The notes beneath the pieces are model-generated. The model saw nothing but the letters and a program-made list of their open reading frames with translations, ran no database searches and was not told the origin of the DNA. Made by a program: the position numbers and the translations under genes. 13,661 bases of DNA from Prevotella sp. (lineage in GTDB: Bacteria; Bacteroidota; Bacteroidia; Bacteroidales; Dysgonomonadaceae): positions 1-13,661 of the forward strand of contig JAITVV010000061.1 of NCBI GenBank assembly GCA_031285625.1, written 5' to 3'. This document shows positions 9,151-13,661 of the stretch, one piece after another. Positions within the stretch are counted from its first letter, which is position 1, and each line of letters starts with the position of its first letter.

Positions 9151-9184
9151 AAGCCGGAATATAATATATATCCCGGCTTTTTTT
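9151..9184 (+). terminator. Intrinsic terminator of the bamD-rpoZ-DUF4293 unit
   Basis: AAGCCGG (9151-9157)/CCGGCTT (9173-9179) stem followed by a T tract. Confidence 0.85.
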
Positions 9185-9226
9185 GTTTCTTAAGGTGTTT
9201 TCTCTTTTTTCCATGATAAATGGATC

Positions 9227-9252
9227 GAGATGCTTCCTTCGTCAGCATGACA
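9227..9252 (-). repeat. Single REP-like palindromic unit (TGTCATGCTGACGAAGGAAGCATCTC on the - strand)
   Basis: GC-richer island in AT-rich DNA with an ATGCT/AGCAT stem; resembles the YGTC-tagged GTCAT...GAAGG...ATCTC repeats I recall from Bacteroidota. Only one copy is visible. Confidence 0.55.
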
Positions 9253-9417
9253 ATTAATACTTTTAGTTATTTAATTATCTTATTATAGGGATCTTTGATA
9301 TTTTAGAGTAATAGAAAAAGTAACACTAGAAAATGCATCAAAATCTGTTACTTTTGTCACCTTTTGCTTGTAATGAGTTGATAGTTAAAGACTAGATGTT
9401 TTATCGATTTGTCACTT

Positions 9418-9448
9418 TTTGCACAATAAAAAAAATATAGTACTTTAG
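9418..9448 (+). promoter_or_regulatory. Candidate promoter for the lipoprotein/dikinase-like/rlpA unit
   Basis: TTTG (9418-9421), 19-nt spacer, TACTTTAG (9441-9448; one mismatch to TAnnTTTG). An alternative perfect -7, TACTTTTG, lies at 9349-9356. Confidence 0.45.
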
Positions 9449-9467
9449 GATTTAATTTTATCCAAAT

Positions 9468-9716
9468 ATGAAATATAGATTGAAACTTTTTTCCCTGATA
9501 TTGATGCTCCTTTCTTTAAGCTCTTGTGCATCAATTATCAATACTTTATTTGATCGGGAAAAGTGTGACTATACTGATTGCGATAATTCGAAAGTTGACA
9601 ATTGCAATTACTGTACAGTACATTGTTATAGTTACAATGTGCCGGATGATCTTAATTCTAATACTGGCAAGTCTATTGATAAGCAATTGGAACAATATAG
9701 AAACGGACAAAAATAA
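9468..9716 (+). CDS. Small hypothetical lipoprotein with a Cys/His cluster
   Basis: Basic N-terminus, hydrophobic core, lipobox LSSC (Cys20); mature part has C33, C38, C46, C49, H52, C53; stop is 2 nt before the next ATG. Confidence 0.8.
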   Translation: MKYRLKLFSLILMLLSLSSCASIINTLFDREKCDYTDCDNSKVDNCNYCTVHCYSYNVPDDLNSNTGKSIDKQLEQYRNGQK

Positions 9717-9718
9717 AG

Positions 9719-12682
9719 ATGGAAAAACTACTTGATATAAAAGCCTTTCGTTTTAAAGACACTTCGTTTGCAAACTTGATGACCAAACGTATTTTTAATG
9801 TTTTGCTGATTGCAACAAAATACGACTCATTTATGCTCGAAGATGACGGACGTATTGATGAACAAATATTTAATGAATATACTTCCCTGAATCTTAGCTA
9901 TCCCCCGCGGTTTACACAAGTAGTATCAGAAGAGGATGCATTAAACGAATTGGAAGAAAATCACTATGAGTTGATCATCCAGATGCCAAACATGGATGAC
10001 ACGGATATTTTTGCAACTGCCAAACATGTAAAAGAATTATACCCGGATACACCATTTGTTGTATTGACCCCTTTTTCGCGCGAGGTATCTAAAAGGTTAG
10101 CTCAGGAAGATCTTTCCGGAGTCGACTATGTTTTTAGCTGGCTTGGGAATCCAGACTTATTACTGGCCATTATAAAGCTGATGGAGGATGCAATGAATGT
10201 GGAGCACGATACTGCAAGTGTAGGCGTACAGGTTATATTATTGATTGAAGACTCTGTTCGTTTCTATTCTTCGGCATTGCCTACCTTGTTTAAAATAGTG
10301 ATGGAGGAGTCGAAAGAATTTTCGAAAGAAGCCCTGAATGAGCACCAGCAGATGTTGCGTATGCGTGGACGTCCAAAGATTATGTTGGCTCGTACATATG
10401 AAGAAGCTGTAGAAATTTATACAAAATATTATAATAATATTTTAGGTGTTGTTACAGATATAAGCTATTCACATAAGGGAGTAAAAGATAAGGTTGCCGG
10501 TTATCATTTTGCAAAATGGGTAAGGAGTCAAAGCCGTTTTGCCCCAATTGTATTTACATCGTCAGAAGTATCTAACAAGGCTTATGCCGATGAATTGGGA
10601 TGTAGCTTTATTGATAAAAATTCGAAAAGTTTTCCCCGTGATTTGAAAAAACAGGTTATTAATAATTTTGGTTTTGGTGATTTTATCATAATAGATCCGG
10701 AAACAAAAGAAGAAATTATACGTATCCGTAATTTAAAAGATCTGCAAAAGAATATCTTTACTATTCCTGCCGAATCATTGGCATATCACCTTTCTCACGA
10801 TCATTTTTCACGGTTTTTTTATTCCCGAGCAATGTTTCCCATGGCTGAATGGCTTAAGAGAATAGATGTTTCCGAATTCAGCAGCATGGATGAAGCCCGA
10901 CAGATTATCTATGATATGATTATTAAATATAGGAAAGTAAAGAATTCCGGTGTTGTAGCCATATTTGATAAAGACCGTTTTGACGAGTTTTCCAACTTTA
11001 CACGGATGGGGGATGGATCCATAGGAGGGAAGGGGCGTAGTATTGCCTTTATGGATAATATAGTGAAAGAGCATCTGGAATTGAATGATGATGAAAATAT
11101 ACCCGTAAAAATACCTCGCACGGTAGTTTTGTGTACCGATATATTTGACGAATTTATGGAGACAAATGATTTGTATCCTATCGCACTTTCGGATAAACCG
11201 GATGATGAAATATTACGTTATTTTCTAAAAGCAGGATTACCTGATCGTCTTATCGAAGACTTTATGGCATTTTTGGAGGTAATAAAAGCTCCTATTGCAG
11301 TGCGCTCATCCAGTCTTTTGGAGGATTCCCATTATCAGCCTTTTGCAGGGGTATATTCAACATATATGATTCCTCTGTTAGCCGATAAGTATGAAACTTT
11401 AGGACTGCTTAGCAAAGCTATAAAAGCCGTTTATGCATCTGTTTTTTACAGGGATAGTAAAACCTATATGGCTGCTACTCAAAATCTGATAGATCAGGAA
11501 AAAATGGCTATTGTACTGCAGGAAGCTGTAGGTACTGACTATGGCAATCATTTCTACCCGACTATATCCGGCGTAGCGCGCTCTCTGAATTTTTATCCGG
11601 TAGGTAATGAAAAGGCAGAGGAAGGAATCGCTAATATAGTACTTGGATTAGGAAAGTATATTGTAGAAGGGGGAGTGAATTTACGCTTTTCCCCTGCTCA
11701 TCCTCACAACATAGTTCAATTGAGTAGTGTTGACCTTGCACTGAGAGATACGCAGCGTTACTTTTATGCGTTGGATATGAAAGATGTTCATAAAGAATTT
11801 TCAACCAATGATGGTTTCAATTTACTGAAACTGGGTATAAAAGATGCAGAAAAAGATAATTCGATCAGATATATTTCGTCTACATATGACCCTGTAGATC
11901 AGGTTATATATGATGGCTATTATGAGAGTGGACGCAAAATTATTTCGTTTGTTAATGTATTACAGCATAATGTGTTTCCCCTTGCTGAAATCTTACAACA
12001 GATATTGAAGATAGGCCAGGAAGAAATGGGGCGTGCTGTAGAAATAGAGTTTGCTGCAGACTTGAAAGATAGGGGAGAAGGTAATTTTTATTTATTGCAG
12101 ATCAGGCCCATAGTACAAAATAAAGAGCTTCAGATCGAAGATTTGTCCAAGATAAAACCGGAAGATGAAATTCTTCATTCGAACAGTGCACTGGGTCATG
12201 GTGTTATTAGTGATGTACATGATATTATTTATGTGAAAACAGAAAAATTTAATGCTGCTAATAATACGGCCATTGTGAATGAAATAGATGTACTTAATGC
12301 GGAGTTTTTAGAAAAGGAGAAAAACTATATCCTGGTAGGACCGGGAAGATGGGGGAGTAGTGACCCCTGGCTGGGCATTCCTGTAAAATGGCCACAAATA
12401 TCCAATGCACGGGTTCTAGTAGAATTGACTTTAAATAATTATAAGATTGAACCAAGTCAGGGTACTCATTTTTTTCAGAACTTAACGTCTTTTGGAGTGG
12501 GGTATTTTTCTATAAATCCTTATGTTTCGAATGAAGGACTGTTTGATGAAGATTATTTGAATGATCAGCCTGCAGTATTTGAAACTGAATATATACGCCA
12601 TGTGCAGTTTGATTCTCCAATGATTATAAAGATTAATGGAAAAAAGAATATAGGAGCTGTTTTGAAACCTGAAAAAAAATGA
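9719..12682 (+). CDS. Receiver-domain / PEP synthase-PPDK N-terminal (ATP-grasp) hybrid protein, often annotated as phosphoenolpyruvate synthase
   Basis: 987 aa. N-terminal receiver-like segments (LLIEDS, VVTD247, FTSS, FIDK); PPDK_N motifs IGGKG, AVRSSSLLEDS, FAGVY, MAIVLQE, EIEFA, FYLLQIRP; C-terminal GPGRWGS...SQGTH917FFQN. Confidence 0.88.
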   Translation: MEKLLDIKAFRFKDTSFANLMTKRIFNVLLIATKYDSFMLEDDGRIDEQIFNEYTSLNLSYPPRFTQVVSEEDALNELEENHYELIIQMPNMDDTDIFATAKHVKELYPDTPFVVLTPFSREVSKRLAQEDLSGVDYVFSWLGNPDLLLAIIKLMEDAMNVEHDTASVGVQVILLIEDSVRFYSSALPTLFKIVMEESKEFSKEALNEHQQMLRMRGRPKIMLARTYEEAVEIYTKYYNNILGVVTDISYSHKGVKDKVAGYHFAKWVRSQSRFAPIVFTSSEVSNKAYADELGCSFIDKNSKSFPRDLKKQVINNFGFGDFIIIDPETKEEIIRIRNLKDLQKNIFTIPAESLAYHLSHDHFSRFFYSRAMFPMAEWLKRIDVSEFSSMDEARQIIYDMIIKYRKVKNSGVVAIFDKDRFDEFSNFTRMGDGSIGGKGRSIAFMDNIVKEHLELNDDENIPVKIPRTVVLCTDIFDEFMETNDLYPIALSDKPDDEILRYFLKAGLPDRLIEDFMAFLEVIKAPIAVRSSSLLEDSHYQPFAGVYSTYMIPLLADKYETLGLLSKAIKAVYASVFYRDSKTYMAATQNLIDQEKMAIVLQEAVGTDYGNHFYPTISGVARSLNFYPVGNEKAEEGIANIVLGLGKYIVEGGVNLRFSPAHPHNIVQLSSVDLALRDTQRYFYALDMKDVHKEFSTNDGFNLLKLGIKDAEKDNSIRYISSTYDPVDQVIYDGYYESGRKIISFVNVLQHNVFPLAEILQQILKIGQEEMGRAVEIEFAADLKDRGEGNFYLLQIRPIVQNKELQIEDLSKIKPEDEILHSNSALGHGVISDVHDIIYVKTEKFNAANNTAIVNEIDVLNAEFLEKEKNYILVGPGRWGSSDPWLGIPVKWPQISNARVLVELTLNNYKIEPSQGTHFFQNLTSFGVGYFSINPYVSNEGLFDEDYLNDQPAVFETEYIRHVQFDSPMIIKINGKKNIGAVLKPEKK

Positions 12683-12688
12683 ATCTGT

Positions 12689-13093
12689 ATGAAAAGATTA
12701 GCCTTGATTATGCTTTCCTCTTTAGCCATCTTAATCGTTAAGGCACAAGATACAGGTCTGGCAACATATTATGGGCGGAAATTCAATAATAAGAAAACGG
12801 CCAGTGGTGAGATGTATAGGAAGGATAGTTTGGTTTGTGCTCATCGTACCTATCCTTTTGGAACTTTATTAAGGGTTAGAAGCATGAAAGATAATAGAGA
12901 GGTAATTGTTCGTGTTATTGATAGAGGGCCACGTGCTAAAAAGCGTATTATTGACCTGTCTTATGCAGCTGCAAAAGAATTAAGGATGGTAAATCATGGC
13001 GTTATACCTGTTGAAGTATCCGTCTTTACTGATCCTTTAAGTATAGTAAACCAAATAGATACAATAAACATCCAGGAAATAAAAGGACGATAA
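12689..13093 (+). CDS. rlpA: RlpA-family double-psi beta-barrel protein (septal lytic transglycosylase-like)
   Basis: GLATYYG, KTASGEMY, CAHRTYPFGT, VRVIDRGP, RIIDLSYAAAKEL; SPI-type signal ending VKA-Q; no SPOR domain. Confidence 0.9.
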   Translation: MKRLALIMLSSLAILIVKAQDTGLATYYGRKFNNKKTASGEMYRKDSLVCAHRTYPFGTLLRVRSMKDNREVIVRVIDRGPRAKKRIIDLSYAAAKELRMVNHGVIPVEVSVFTDPLSIVNQIDTINIQEIKGR

Positions 13094-13161
13094 AGCATGG
13101 ATTCCCATAGTATTTTACATTGATTGCATGAGGATATCTGATATAAAAAGATAGGTAAAAC

Positions 13162-13192
13162 CTTGCTTCTTGAAGAAAATATTATATCTTTG
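13162..13192 (+). promoter_or_regulatory. Bacteroidota -33/-7 promoter of tRNA-Cys
   Basis: CTTG (13162-13165), 19-nt spacer, TATCTTTG (13185-13192), 18 nt before the tRNA. Confidence 0.75.
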
Positions 13193-13210
13193 CATTCGCT
13201 AACCGAAAAT

Positions 13211-13281
13211 GGTTCCTTGGCCGAGCGGTTAGGCACCGGTCTGCAAAACCGTTGACGGCGGTTCGAATCCGCCAGGAACCT
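13211..13281 (+). tRNA. tRNA-Cys(GCA), CCA not encoded
   Basis: Acceptor GGTTCCT/AGGAACC with discriminator U; D stem GCC/GGC; anticodon loop CT-GCA-AA; T arm GGCGG-TTCGAAT-CCGCC. Confidence 0.97.
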
Positions 13282-13299
13282 CAAATTTTGAATTGAACT

Positions 13300-13344
13300 A
13301 AACGCTAATCTGTTATAAACAAACAAGTTAGCGTTTTTCTTTTT
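13300..13344 (+). terminator. Inverted repeat after tRNA-Cys (terminator and/or recombinase-site-like dyad)
   Basis: AAACGCTAA (13300-13308)/TTAGCGTTT (13328-13336) with a 19-nt spacer, then a T-rich tail. Confidence 0.6.
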
Positions 13345-13513
13345 CTGCGAATTTTTAAAGTTGCGCATATTTTGCGCATAAAGTTTTTCATTTCGTATAT
13401 GAAAAGATATATTTAGCTATATCCTCAATACTCGATAAATACAGAAAAGTATATAATGCGAATATGCGAAACTATTCAAATTAGGATTATTATTTTCTTT
13501 TGATGGATTGAAT

Positions 13514-13540
13514 AAAAAAAGCTCATATTTCTATGAGCTT
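13514..13540 (-). terminator. Intrinsic terminator for a minus-strand transcript arriving from the right
   Basis: AAGCTCATA-TTTC-TATGAGCTT (13519-13540) preceded by an A run, which is a U tract on the - strand. Confidence 0.6.
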
Positions 13541-13546
13541 ATATAC

Positions 13547-13661
13547 TGGAAAATCCAGTGAGCGTTGCCCCTCGTGCCAGTCTAAATTGACCCCATGTAC
13601 CAAAATATGTTTGACCCTTTTCGCCAAAATAAAAATGTCCCCTGTCGGAATATAAACCAAC
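13547..13661. mobile_element. Probable terminus of an IS21-family insertion sequence (truncated by the window)
   Basis: TG at 13547 followed by four degenerate direct repeats CCA-N(7-10)-TG.CCC starting at 13555, 13577, 13600 and 13624 (22-24 nt period); no transposase visible in the window. Confidence 0.65.

Noticed and set aside
9316-9356. Invertible (phase-variable) promoter
   Set aside because: The inverted repeats are only 20 bp apart, too short to hold a promoter; the -7 element overlaps the repeat and no invertase is nearby.
9603-9626. c-type heme-binding motif in the lipoprotein
   Set aside because: The sequence is CNYCTVHC, which is CxxCxxH and not CxxCH.
9526-9735. Alternative-frame 69-aa hydrophobic ORF
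   Set aside because: It overlaps the 9468-9716 ORF, which has a convincing signal peptide, lipobox and coupling to the next gene.
125-11121. Short minus-strand ORFs in the track (125-307, 1093-1311, 1845-2063, 3432-3626, 4275-4571, 5338-5556, 5712-5912, four within 6293-6854, 8663-8881, 8984-9214, 10808-11074, 10909-11121)
   Set aside because: All lie antisense to better-supported + strand genes and have no recognisable motifs; treated as shadow ORFs.
9719-12682. Assigning the symbol ppsA or ppdK
   Set aside because: No canonical TSH motif and no C-terminal pyruvate-binding barrel; the symbol would imply an unsupported function.
13211-13281. Functional link between tRNA-Cys and the suf genes, or an unusual tRNA
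   Set aside because: They are about 6 kb and several transcription units apart. The cloverleaf is ordinary apart from one mismatch at the top of the anticodon stem, and a non-encoded CCA is common.
12994-13368. 124-aa minus-strand ORF
   Set aside because: It runs antisense through tRNA-Cys, its promoter and the end of rlpA, with no protein-like motifs.
13555-13642. CRISPR array
   Set aside because: Repeats are degenerate with a 22-24 nt period, leaving no room for spacers, and no cas genes are present.

Overview
AT-rich chromosomal window that looks like Bacteroidota (Bacteroidales; possibly Dysgonomonas-like, by inference only). All credible genes are on the + strand. In order: the 3' end of an rRNA operon (5S rRNA and terminator), an E. 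coli-type TatD nuclease, mlaE-mlaF, exonuclease III, a small frameshifted acidic ORF, sufC-sufD-sufS with no sufB, bamD-rpoZ-membrane protein, and a repeat-rich intergenic gap. Next is a tightly packed three-gene unit (Cys/His-rich mini-lipoprotein, 987-aa receiver/PEP-synthase-ATP-grasp hybrid, RlpA-like protein), then tRNA-Cys. After the tRNA come att/arm-site-like repeats and what looks like the terminus of an IS21-family element, cut off by the window edge. Most of the window is housekeeping. The best candidates for poorly described biology are the receiver-dikinase-like protein with its neighbours and the likely island boundary at tRNA-Cys. No database searches were run, so all family calls come from motif recognition.
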